A DNA stretch of 64,000 nt from Candidatus Anstonellaceae archaeon (GTDB lineage: Archaea; Micrarchaeota; Micrarchaeia; Anstonellales; Anstonellaceae), in contig JAWAEU010000001.1 in the NCBI GenBank assembly GCA_038891055.1, positions 1,475-65,474 on the forward strand, given 5' to 3'. Of this stretch, positions 28,281-36,871 are shown piece after piece. The notes below the pieces were generated by a model. It worked only from the letters and a program-made list of their open reading frames with translations, did not search any database and was not told where the DNA came from. Position 1 is the stretch's first letter. Each line of letters opens with the position of its first letter. A program made the position numbers and the translations under genes.

Positions 28281-29759
28281 ATGGATCTTTATCAAAGAAT
28301 TTTTGAAATAGGAATACAGCGGGGATTTTTTTGCCCCTCTGCTGAAATATATGGCTCAATTTCTGGATTTTATGATTATGGCCCAGTTGGCCTTAGAATA
28401 ATTAATAAGATGAAAAACAAATGGAGAGAAAAATTCATAGAAGAACCAGGATTTTTTGAAATTAAAACTTCTTTGATTTTACCAAAGAAAGTTTTAGAGG
28501 CATCTGGGCATATAAAAAATTTTGCAGATCCGATAGTTTTTTGTAAAAAAGAAAAAAAGGCTTTTAGGGCAGATAAACTACTCGAAGAGCAAGAGGAGTT
28601 TCATCATGCAGTAAGCTTAAAAGAAATAAGGGAAAAATTTAGAGAATTAAAAATAACTTGCCCTGATTGTAAAGGAGAATTAAGCGAACCTACTACTTTT
28701 AATTTGATGTTCCAAACTTCCATAGGCTCTATTGATCCACAAGAGGCTTATTTGAGACCAGAAACTGCTCAGGGGATTTTTCTAAATTTTAAAAGAATTT
28801 TTCTTCAAAGCGGTGGAAAACTCCCTATTGGTATTGGACAAATGGGTACGTCGTTTAGAAATGAAATTTCACCTCGAAAGGGCTTAGTGAGATTGAGAGA
28901 ATTTGAACAAATGGAATTAGAATATTTTTTTAGTCCTCAATTCCCCCATATAGAGGGATTTGAAAAAATTGCAAATAAAAAACTTCTTTTTAAGATAAAT
29001 CAAGAGAAAAAACTAATTTCACTCCAAGAAGCACTAGAACAAAAAATTATACCAAATGAAATATTTGCAACCTTTTTGTTTTGGCAACAAGAATTATTTT
29101 TATCTTGGGGAATTGACAAATCTAAATTGTGGTTTAAAGTTATTGATAAAAATGATTTGCCACACTACTCTTTGTGCAATGTAGATGCAGAAGTACAAAC
29201 CTCTTATGGAGAAATAGAGATCTCTGGAACTTCTTATAGAACAGATTTTGATTTGTCTTCTCATCAAAAATATTCATCTGAAAATCTAGAAGTTTTAGAT
29301 CAAAAAACAAATAAAAAAATTATCCCGCATGTAATCGAACCTTCGATAGGATTAGATCGCTCTTTTTATACATTGTTAGAACATTGTTATAGGGGAAAAA
29401 CCAAAGAAAAAGATTGGGAGTGGTTTGCTTTTCCTCCAGCCACTGCGCCATATACTGCCGCTGTTTTTCCATTAATGAAAAAGGATGATTTAGACAATTT
29501 AGCAAAAGAAGTTTATGAGATTTTAAAAACAAATAAAGTTGATTGTTATTATTCTGAAACAGGATCTATTGGAAAGAGATATGCAAAAGCAGATGAAATT
29601 GGAGTGCCTTATTGTATTACAATAGACTACCAATCAAAAGAAGATAAGGATGTTACTATTAGATTTAGAGATGATGGAAAACAAATTAGGGTCAAAATTG
29701 AACAACTACCAAAAACTCTATTTGAATTAAAAGAAAAAAACCTAACTTTTTTAAATTAG
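28281..29759 (+). CDS. glyS: Glycyl-tRNA synthetase (archaeal/eukaryotic-type class II, alpha2)
   Basis: RGFFCPSAEIYGSISGFYDYGPVG, class II motif 2 YLRPETAQGIF and motif 3-like GIGQMGTSFRNEISPRKGLVRLREFEQMELEYF. Confidence 0.9.
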   Translation: MDLYQRIFEIGIQRGFFCPSAEIYGSISGFYDYGPVGLRIINKMKNKWREKFIEEPGFFEIKTSLILPKKVLEASGHIKNFADPIVFCKKEKKAFRADKLLEEQEEFHHAVSLKEIREKFRELKITCPDCKGELSEPTTFNLMFQTSIGSIDPQEAYLRPETAQGIFLNFKRIFLQSGGKLPIGIGQMGTSFRNEISPRKGLVRLREFEQMELEYFFSPQFPHIEGFEKIANKKLLFKINQEKKLISLQEALEQKIIPNEIFATFLFWQQELFLSWGIDKSKLWFKVIDKNDLPHYSLCNVDAEVQTSYGEIEISGTSYRTDFDLSSHQKYSSENLEVLDQKTNKKIIPHVIEPSIGLDRSFYTLLEHCYRGKTKEKDWEWFAFPPATAPYTAAVFPLMKKDDLDNLAKEVYEILKTNKVDCYYSETGSIGKRYAKADEIGVPYCITIDYQSKEDKDVTIRFRDDGKQIRVKIEQLPKTLFELKEKNLTFLN

Positions 29760-29830
29760 AACAAGTTTTTGCAAAATTTGATTTAGTGCGATAAATTTTT
29801 ATTTTATAAATTAGATATAAAATTTGTAAA

Positions 29831-30046
29831 TGGCCCTCGAGCCACTTTCGCTGCCTATTTGGAGGCAGTGAGGAAGCTCTACCCACCAGGTTTTATTAGC
29901 CAACCACATAAAGTGGGGGCATCTTGAGCAGAAACGCTACCCATTTTGGGATGAAACGGCAGGATGCCCTGGCTAGCTGGTGCAAGGCCAGTTTTGGCCG
30001 CTAAGTCAAATGTGGCTTAAAACAGAAGGTAGACTATTGAGGGCCA
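29831..30046 (+). ncRNA. rnpB: RNase P RNA candidate (minimal, ~216 nt)
   Basis: GC-rich island with terminal helix GGCCCUCGA…UUGAGGGCC (P1). The P4 strands UCUACC (after AGGAAG) and GGUAGA (after ACAGAA) match CR-I/CR-V context, and GGGAUGAAACGGCAGG is CR-II-like (GGGUGAAANGGUG). A TATA-like TTTATAAAT lies ~30 nt upstream. Confidence 0.55.
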
Positions 30047-30055
30047 TTTTATAAA

Positions 30056-31726
30056 TTATTTTTTGATTACTTTTAAAAACTCTTTTAGTTCTTTGATTTG
30101 ATTCTCCACATATTCTTCAACTTTGTTTATATCTTCTTGTGAAATAATATCTAATTTACTTAATAATCTGAAGCCCTCTTTGTCTTTTTTCAATAAATCT
30201 AAAAGGAAAGCCGTTCTTTCTTTTTCTGCTATGACTGAATATAAGTTTTTTAGTATTTGTTTTAGTTTTTCTTTTTCAGCTATTAGATCTTGTTCTTGAC
30301 TAACAGCCACAGTTTGGGGGTTTAGTTGTGCGCTTTCAGAAAGTTTTTCTACAGTTTGAGTAGGTTGCTCTTCAATCAGATTAACTAAAGACTGCTTTTC
30401 TTTTTCTCCAAGACCCCCATATTTAAGAATTTTTTGAATTATGTTTTTTGGAATAGAATCAAAAAATCTTGTTTTTTTTACGGGTTTGCCTTCCTTTTCC
30501 AATATTTTTATAATTTTTTCCTTTGCTTTGGAATTTTTTAGGATAGTAGTATCTTTTTTACACTCTTCTAAAATTTCTTTTTTTATTTGTTTGTCTTTTA
30601 TTTTTGAAACTAGGAGTAGTTTAGAATTGAGCCCAAAATCTTCTCTGAAAAATAATTTTTTGTAAAATTCATCATCTGCAGAGATACTTTGTATAATATA
30701 CGATTTTTCTTTTTCTTTTAATTCAACAAAGTTTAGTAGAACTTTTTTTAGAATTTCATTTAAATTTGAGAATTCTGGGGTTTTTTGTGCAGATAATAAG
30801 CTTTCTGAATTCACTTGTTTTTTTGAGCTACTTTTTACTCCTAAGTGGTGCATTATATAACTTGGGACTTTTAAATTTTGTTCTTCTATTTTTTTTAAAA
30901 TCTCATTTTTAATACTTTTTGCTGCAGAAGCAGCTATGTAGGATCTAGTCCAATTTCTTGCATTTGGGTAAAGAAACAAATCCACAAGAATCTTGTCATC
31001 TTTTGGTATTTGTTTTATTTTCTTGATCAAATCAATCTGTTTTTTGTTAGATAGAAAAAACTCATTTAGTTTTTCTTTATCAATTTCTTCTTTTTTGCAA
31101 TTATCCAAGAGTTCAATTATTTTTTTAATATTTTGTTCTACATTAGCTTTAGTTGTATCATCTATAATCTTGTCTGCGAGTTTTGTAATATCAGAATTTT
31201 CAGCTTTTGACTCTAAAACCATCAAAATCCATTGAATGGTTTCTTTTGTCTTTTGATCCAATAATTCTATTTTTTTAGCACTAAGAAGAGATCCCATCAC
31301 TTCGATTATCTTTTTACAATCCTCCAGACTATAGTCTCTGCCGTATCCGATCGCTCTTATTACTGCACCCTTATAATCTGTTTTCAATTCTTTTATTAGT
31401 GTGTTGGCACAAAAGTTAGCTATTTTAGAAGGCTCCTCGCCATTTGCAACCAATTCCAAATAAGAGCGATTAGAGGGAAGAATATGAATATTTTTTTCTA
31501 AAATTTCTTTTGCATTTTCAGATTTTTCTATAGTGTATACTAAGATCGTTTCAACGCATTTGCTCCATCTTTGTGACTCTAAAAGTTCTTTTGCCTTTTC
31601 TTCATTTTTTTGTTCATTAATTTTAATAGCAGTACTCGTTTCTTCTGGTATTATTTCCTTATATTTATCAAAGTTTTCTTTACTTACTTTTAGTTGTTCT
31701 TGCTTTTTTATAATATTGCGTTCCAT
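30056..31726 (-). CDS. Hypothetical K/E-rich soluble protein
   Basis: 556-aa ORF with no TM segment and no recognisable motif. Confidence 0.45.
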   Translation of the reverse strand: MERNIIKKQEQLKVSKENFDKYKEIIPEETSTAIKINEQKNEEKAKELLESQRWSKCVETILVYTIEKSENAKEILEKNIHILPSNRSYLELVANGEEPSKIANFCANTLIKELKTDYKGAVIRAIGYGRDYSLEDCKKIIEVMGSLLSAKKIELLDQKTKETIQWILMVLESKAENSDITKLADKIIDDTTKANVEQNIKKIIELLDNCKKEEIDKEKLNEFFLSNKKQIDLIKKIKQIPKDDKILVDLFLYPNARNWTRSYIAASAAKSIKNEILKKIEEQNLKVPSYIMHHLGVKSSSKKQVNSESLLSAQKTPEFSNLNEILKKVLLNFVELKEKEKSYIIQSISADDEFYKKLFFREDFGLNSKLLLVSKIKDKQIKKEILEECKKDTTILKNSKAKEKIIKILEKEGKPVKKTRFFDSIPKNIIQKILKYGGLGEKEKQSLVNLIEEQPTQTVEKLSESAQLNPQTVAVSQEQDLIAEKEKLKQILKNLYSVIAEKERTAFLLDLLKKDKEGFRLLSKLDIISQEDINKVEEYVENQIKELKEFLKVIKK

Positions 31727-31905
31727 TTAAATCCACCTATTAAAACTTTTGAAATAATATATTAATAAATGGTAAAATTTATAAATTTATGTTTATATTT
31801 TTGATTAACTTGTTGAAAACCATCCTAAGCCTAAGTGATTTTTTACTTTAAAAACCTCTAAAATCAAAAATAAAAAAAAGAAATTAAAAAAAGAAAAAAG
31901 AAATT

Positions 31906-32121
31906 TTAGGCGTTTTTCATCTTTGCCTCATACACATAGCCGTCTTTTCCGATGTAGTACATAAAGCCTGGCTTTTTTTGTATTTTTTCAGTGCCAACTT
32001 TTTTCTTTTTTCCTTTTTTGTTGTGTTTCATCGGAGAGGCCCAAACATAGCCGTCCTTTCCTACATAGTATATATATCCCTCTTCTCTTTGAATTTTCTC
32101 ATTTCCAACTTTCTTTCCCAT
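31906..32121 (-). CDS. Hypothetical mini-protein made of two tandem ~33-aa repeats
   Basis: KKVGNEKIQREEGYIYYVGKDGYVWASPMK and KKVGTEKIQKKPGFMYYIGKDGYVYEAKMK are internal duplicates within 71 aa. Confidence 0.4.
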   Translation of the reverse strand: MGKKVGNEKIQREEGYIYYVGKDGYVWASPMKHNKKGKKKKVGTEKIQKKPGFMYYIGKDGYVYEAKMKNA

Positions 32122-32243
32122 TTCAACAACCTCCTGTTGTCTGTCTTTTAAATGTAGTTATAATTTTTAAAATTTACGCCTAAATTTTTTTATTGACTTA
32201 ACTAGTTTTGTTATTTAAAAATAGGAAAAATTTTTAAACATTT

Positions 32244-34598
32244 CTAATGAAGCAATCCGATTTTCCAACTTGCTGCAATAACAAATTCTCTACAAATAAG
32301 TCCAAAATAATTCGAAGAATAAGAAGCCACTATATCAAAATTTCTTATCAAAAAGTTGTTATAACCAACCTCAACTCCAAAAGTATAATTTGGAGTGATT
32401 CCTCCTTTATTTATATATCTATTAAATTTTGGTTCTAATATATTTTTTTCAATTCCTATAAAACAATTGACAAAAAAATTTTTCTTTTCTGCTTTAGCTC
32501 TAAATTCGCATTTTGGATTTGCATTTAAAAAATTGAAGAAAGAACTAAAACTTAACTTATTTTCAAACCCATAGAGTTGGAAGTAGTTTTCAATACTCAA
32601 CCCAATTTCCATTACAGAATTTTTTTCTAAAAATTTTTCTACTGAAATTCTAAGGCTAGGTTCGACTGTTGTATTTTCCAAAAAGTTTTCAACAAACTTG
32701 AAATAAAAATCAAGATAATAGAGAATATCTTCATTTAGAAAGTCTTGAGGCACTACAAAATTTGTTATGTTTAGATCACCGTATTCAATTTTTTTATTTC
32801 CTCCAATTAAGTACAAAATTCCAAATTCTTCTCTTAGTATTATTTTGTTATTTTCTATCTTCTTTTCATCGGTTCTTTTAAAATTTAGCCCTAATAAATG
32901 GGTATTGTTAATTTCAAAAGTTAAGTTAGAATTCTCTATTTTTCCAAAAGCATAAGGTAAATAGTATGCGCCTATTTTTGTTTTGTCTAATTCTAAGTTT
33001 AAACCTATTGAATTAAAGTATGAAAATAAATTTTTTATAGAGCCAGTTTCATCAACTTTAATTGGGGCAATTACACTTTCTTTTTTGTTTTGAATTAAAG
33101 GATTTTGTGACTTACCAACTAAGTATAAAAATGGTTTTTTATTTTCTTTATAACTCCTTCTTGTTGGAGGGTTAATTTGCGTCTGTAAACCTTCATTTTG
33201 ACTTATAGAATTACTATTTTGAACTTCTTTTATTTTTCTTGAATATTTTTTAATCTCTTCGTTTTTATATATTTCTACTTTAGTGGGAGTATTTAATATA
33301 AAATAGGCTGGAAATAAAATTCTGAAATTAGGATCCAGTATTTCTTTTTTTTCTATTTCTCTATGTAAAAGAAAGATAACGTTAGAGCCTAGATCTCTAA
33401 TTTTAAAAATTTTGAAATCTTCTAACTGGTCACTTTTTTTTAAAACGAGTTCTTTGACTGCCTTTGAGGAGAGGAAAATTCCATTTTCTTCATAATGAGC
33501 TATTAAGACATCTAAAAACATATTTACTTTGTTTTGTGCGTCAAAAAAATTTATATTTTGTGAAGGTAGAGTTACATTGATTTTAATTCTTATTTCTGGC
33601 AATATCAACCCATACCAATGATATATTTTTGCTATTTTTCTTATAGATTTACTTCTTTCTATTTTTTGCCTTAAGTTTTCTTTAAATTTATAAACCTCCT
33701 CTTTTGAAGGATGAATTTTTAATTTATCTAAAAGATTTTTTACCTCTTTTGCATATTCTTGGGCTTCAAAATCTTTCGAGTTTTGAAGTTCTCTTAAAAA
33801 ATTTTCAATTTCTAAAATAATTTTTTCTAAGGGTTTATCTTCCTCTAAGTATAGCACAATTGCCGTTTTTTTTATTTTTATTATTTTAGCCAAACTATCT
33901 GCAATCTCTGTAGCTAATTTGCTATTGTGATATTTTCTCCATTTATTGTATAACCCCAATTCAGAAGCAGAGGCTACGGAGATTATGTTGTCTAGATATT
34001 TACAGTAATTTATATAGATCATATCCTTTTCATCTTTTTCTAATTGTGTTTTGTAGAGAACCTCTCTTACAGCTCTTTTTGAATGAAACAGAAAATCCTT
34101 AGATTCTTTTTTTAATCTATTATAAATCTCTTGCTTTATTTTTCCATACTCCAGCTTTTTATCTTCTAAATCCAATAGAGTTACTCTAGCGACTTTTTCA
34201 AATGCGACAAGCACTGCATCTAAACAAAGCTCTTTCACATTTTCTTCCATTTTTTTTATATTTTCCTCAGATAAAGTATATTTTTTTTCGATCTCTCTAA
34301 ATATTTTAATAGTATCTGCATCAAAACTAATTTTTTCTTCAAATTGTAAAAATGGACTTTCGCCTTCTACAACATAAAAATCTTTTTGATTTTCCACGAC
34401 AAATTTCTTCTTTTCTTTATAACTTTGGACATCCAGCCAACCCTTTTGAGAAGATATTTTATTTTCTTTAGATTTAATGAATTCATTTTCTTTTGAAATT
34501 AGATTTTGATTTGTATTAAAAAAATTAAAAAAAATAGTAAACGCTACTGCTGTTTTTTTAAATTTATTAAATTTCTCTCTAAGCCTTAAGAAATGCAT
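32244..34598 (-). CDS. Hypothetical large protein (N-terminal hydrophobic segment, beta-rich C-terminal region)
   Basis: 784-aa ORF. N-terminal TAVAFTIFFNFF; the C-terminal ~250 aa show an alternating hydrophobic pattern. Confidence 0.45.
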   Translation of the reverse strand: MHFLRLREKFNKFKKTAVAFTIFFNFFNTNQNLISKENEFIKSKENKISSQKGWLDVQSYKEKKKFVVENQKDFYVVEGESPFLQFEEKISFDADTIKIFREIEKKYTLSEENIKKMEENVKELCLDAVLVAFEKVARVTLLDLEDKKLEYGKIKQEIYNRLKKESKDFLFHSKRAVREVLYKTQLEKDEKDMIYINYCKYLDNIISVASASELGLYNKWRKYHNSKLATEIADSLAKIIKIKKTAIVLYLEEDKPLEKIILEIENFLRELQNSKDFEAQEYAKEVKNLLDKLKIHPSKEEVYKFKENLRQKIERSKSIRKIAKIYHWYGLILPEIRIKINVTLPSQNINFFDAQNKVNMFLDVLIAHYEENGIFLSSKAVKELVLKKSDQLEDFKIFKIRDLGSNVIFLLHREIEKKEILDPNFRILFPAYFILNTPTKVEIYKNEEIKKYSRKIKEVQNSNSISQNEGLQTQINPPTRRSYKENKKPFLYLVGKSQNPLIQNKKESVIAPIKVDETGSIKNLFSYFNSIGLNLELDKTKIGAYYLPYAFGKIENSNLTFEINNTHLLGLNFKRTDEKKIENNKIILREEFGILYLIGGNKKIEYGDLNITNFVVPQDFLNEDILYYLDFYFKFVENFLENTTVEPSLRISVEKFLEKNSVMEIGLSIENYFQLYGFENKLSFSSFFNFLNANPKCEFRAKAEKKNFFVNCFIGIEKNILEPKFNRYINKGGITPNYTFGVEVGYNNFLIRNFDIVASYSSNYFGLICREFVIAASWKIGLLH

Positions 34599-34771
34599 AA
34601 AATTTATATTTGAAACTTCTTATATATATAACTTTACATTTTAAGACTATTTTATTAATACTTGTCATCTTGTTATAACATGGAGTTTATACTTATTTGG
34701 GATTGAACTTGAAAAAAGAAAGATTTATATTTTTTATCCTTTTTATCTCTATTAACTAAGGAGGGAAAATT

Positions 34772-35251
34772 ATGGCTTTCAAAAAAGGACAAGGTGCAAC
34801 TGAGTATTTGGTTTTGTTAGCAGTTGTTTTAATAGTGGCAATGGTAGCTATAGCATTATTGGGATTCTTCCCAGGCATGGCATCAGATGCCAAAATTACT
34901 CAATCTGATGCTTATTGGAGAGGACAAGCAACACCATTTGCAGTAGCAGAACATGCCAGAAGCTCATCTGATCAAAACCTAATATTAGTATTAGAAAACA
35001 ATGCAGGAGAACAAAAGCAACTTACAAATATTACAATTTCAGGATCTGGAATTTCTATGACATATAACACCACAACGTCAGAGAGATTCTTCTCTGCCGG
35101 GGAAAGAAAAAAGATTACTGTGAACTTAGGATCCAATTGTACTGCTGGAACAACTTATGAATATAATTTAGTATTTACATACACAAATCCAGATGGCTCT
35201 ATTACAAAGAAACAATTTGGTGAAAAACCACTTGTAGGAAAATGCTCCTAA
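34772..35251 (+). CDS. Archaeal type IV pilin-like protein (class III signal peptide), tandem copy 1
   Basis: MAFKKG|QGATEYLVLLAVVLIVAMVAIALLG, conserved YW(R/K)G and two C-terminal Cys (GSNCTAG…GKCS). GGAGGG RBS upstream. Confidence 0.6.
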   Translation: MAFKKGQGATEYLVLLAVVLIVAMVAIALLGFFPGMASDAKITQSDAYWRGQATPFAVAEHARSSSDQNLILVLENNAGEQKQLTNITISGSGISMTYNTTTSERFFSAGERKKITVNLGSNCTAGTTYEYNLVFTYTNPDGSITKKQFGEKPLVGKCS

Positions 35252-35300
35252 AGAAGGAGCCTCTTTTCCTTTTATTTTTTTAAATTTTTGAGGTGAGTTT

Positions 35301-35771
35301 TTGTTAGGCTATAAAAAAGGCCAAGGTGCGAGTGAATATCTAATTTTGTTAGCAGTTGTTTTAATAATCGGAATTATTGCGATTGCTCTTTTAGGTGGAT
35401 TTACAGAAATGGGAGGAGGAGCAAAAGAAACAGAATCTCGACAATATTGGAAGGGAGTAATAAGGCCATTTACAATCCAAGATTGGGCACAGAGAGGTAC
35501 TAATGTCTATCTTACTATTAAAAATATGGAGCCCACAAAATTAGTAATTAATAACATAACAATAGGAAATGTAACTTATAGCCCACCTGGGGGAATTTCA
35601 TTTGGCGGTGGAGCCTCAAAAACAATTACAATTGGAGGATTTACAGCATGTAATGCAAGTTCTTATGATTATTTTGAATACCCAATAACTATAGTGTATT
35701 CTTCTTCAGATATTTCTGGAAGAATACAAAAGGGAGAAAAACCAATAGTTGGCCCTTGCCAAGTAGAATAA
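35301..35771 (+). CDS. Archaeal type IV pilin-like protein (class III signal peptide), tandem copy 2
   Basis: MLGYKKG|QGASEYLILLAVVLIIGIIAIALLG and C-terminal Cys pair (TACNASS…GPCQVE). Clearly paralogous to copy 1. Confidence 0.6.
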   Translation: MLGYKKGQGASEYLILLAVVLIIGIIAIALLGGFTEMGGGAKETESRQYWKGVIRPFTIQDWAQRGTNVYLTIKNMEPTKLVINNITIGNVTYSPPGGISFGGGASKTITIGGFTACNASSYDYFEYPITIVYSSSDISGRIQKGEKPIVGPCQVE

Positions 35772-35832
35772 AGATAGGACTCCACTAATCTATACTACCT
35801 AATTTTTATATTTTCTTTTTTTAATTTGTTAT

Positions 35833-36285
35833 ATGAAAAAAGCCCAAACTTCTGTAGAGTATATAATTTTAGTAGCAATTATTTTAGTTATTGGTTTGGT
35901 GGTTTTGACATTAAGTGGACTTTTTCCATCTTTTTCTTTTTCTACTGAAGCTTATAGTTCCAAAAGTTATTGGGATAGCGCAATGCCAATTTCAATAGTA
36001 GACAGTTACCAAAGCAACTCCACACTCTATCTTGTTTTAAAAAATAGAGCTAACACCATCATCAACATAAGTTCAATTAAATTGGTTTATGGCTTAAATG
36101 AAATTTATAGCTATTCTCAAAATATTATTTTATTTCCAGCTCAAACTCAAAACATTTCAATTTCAGCAAAAAGTTGCCAAAAATCACAAACAGTTTTTTA
36201 TGATATTACCTTTGTTTATTCTACTACTTCTACAGAAAATCTAACTTATAGAGGTATAAAACCTCTATATATCCTCTGCCAATAA
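35833..36285 (+). CDS. Archaeal type IV pilin-like protein (divergent), tandem copy 3
   Basis: MKKAQTSVEYIILVAIILVIGLVVLTLSG, SKSYWDS and C-terminal Cys pair (KSCQKSQ…YILCQ). Confidence 0.5.
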   Translation: MKKAQTSVEYIILVAIILVIGLVVLTLSGLFPSFSFSTEAYSSKSYWDSAMPISIVDSYQSNSTLYLVLKNRANTIINISSIKLVYGLNEIYSYSQNIILFPAQTQNISISAKSCQKSQTVFYDITFVYSTTSTENLTYRGIKPLYILCQ

Positions 36286-36289
36286 TGGT

Positions 36290-36784
36290 TCAGTCCTTAT
36301 TTTCGTTTTGATATATCCCACAATAAATTGAGGTTGCCTCTTTTTCCAATCTAATAAAAATTAATTGAATAACTTTTGCATTTTTATATAAAATTAAACC
36401 ATTTGGGTTAAATACTACTAAAAGCCCCTCACTTCTTCCACTATAGCCAGGGTCCCATATTGCATTTATAGCGGCTGCCCCTGCTCTAAGAAGAGAAGAG
36501 CGAGACTGTGCAATAGCAATTGCATTCTTTGGTACATTTATTATCTCGTTAAATATTATTTTATATGCTCCTGGTAACAATTTTATTTTATCTTCTTCGT
36601 CCCACTCTATTTTTTTTGTTTTTGGCAATAATCTTTTTTTGTTCTCTCCGTCAATCTGGCCAATGTCCTCAAAAGTATGAATCTCTCTTATAGTTAGATC
36701 AAAACCAGCAGGTTGTTGTTGATGTGAATAAACATAATTTTCTATTAATTTTTCTTGAAGTATTTTTGATCCTTCTATGATCAT
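36290..36784 (-). CDS. dUTPase/dCTP deaminase superfamily protein (dUTPase-like)
   Basis: PAGFDLT, SRSSLLRAGAAAINAIWDPGYSG follows the dUTPase/Dcd motif pattern (S-x-x-R-x-G, xDPGYxG). 164 aa. Confidence 0.6.
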   Translation of the reverse strand: MIIEGSKILQEKLIENYVYSHQQQPAGFDLTIREIHTFEDIGQIDGENKKRLLPKTKKIEWDEEDKIKLLPGAYKIIFNEIINVPKNAIAIAQSRSSLLRAGAAAINAIWDPGYSGRSEGLLVVFNPNGLILYKNAKVIQLIFIRLEKEATSIYCGIYQNENKD

Positions 36785-36871
36785 GTTTCCACCATAGATA
36801 TTTATTTATACTTCAATATAATATTATAATACGCTTAAAAGACAACATTTTAAATTTTTTTGGTGTTTTAG

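Noticed and set aside
29692-29886. 64-aa minus-strand ORF between GlyRS and the 556-aa hypothetical gene
   Set aside because: It overlaps the 3' end of GlyRS and the 5' part of the GC-rich structured RNA called as RNase P RNA. The product is low-complexity, so it is more likely a chance ORF.
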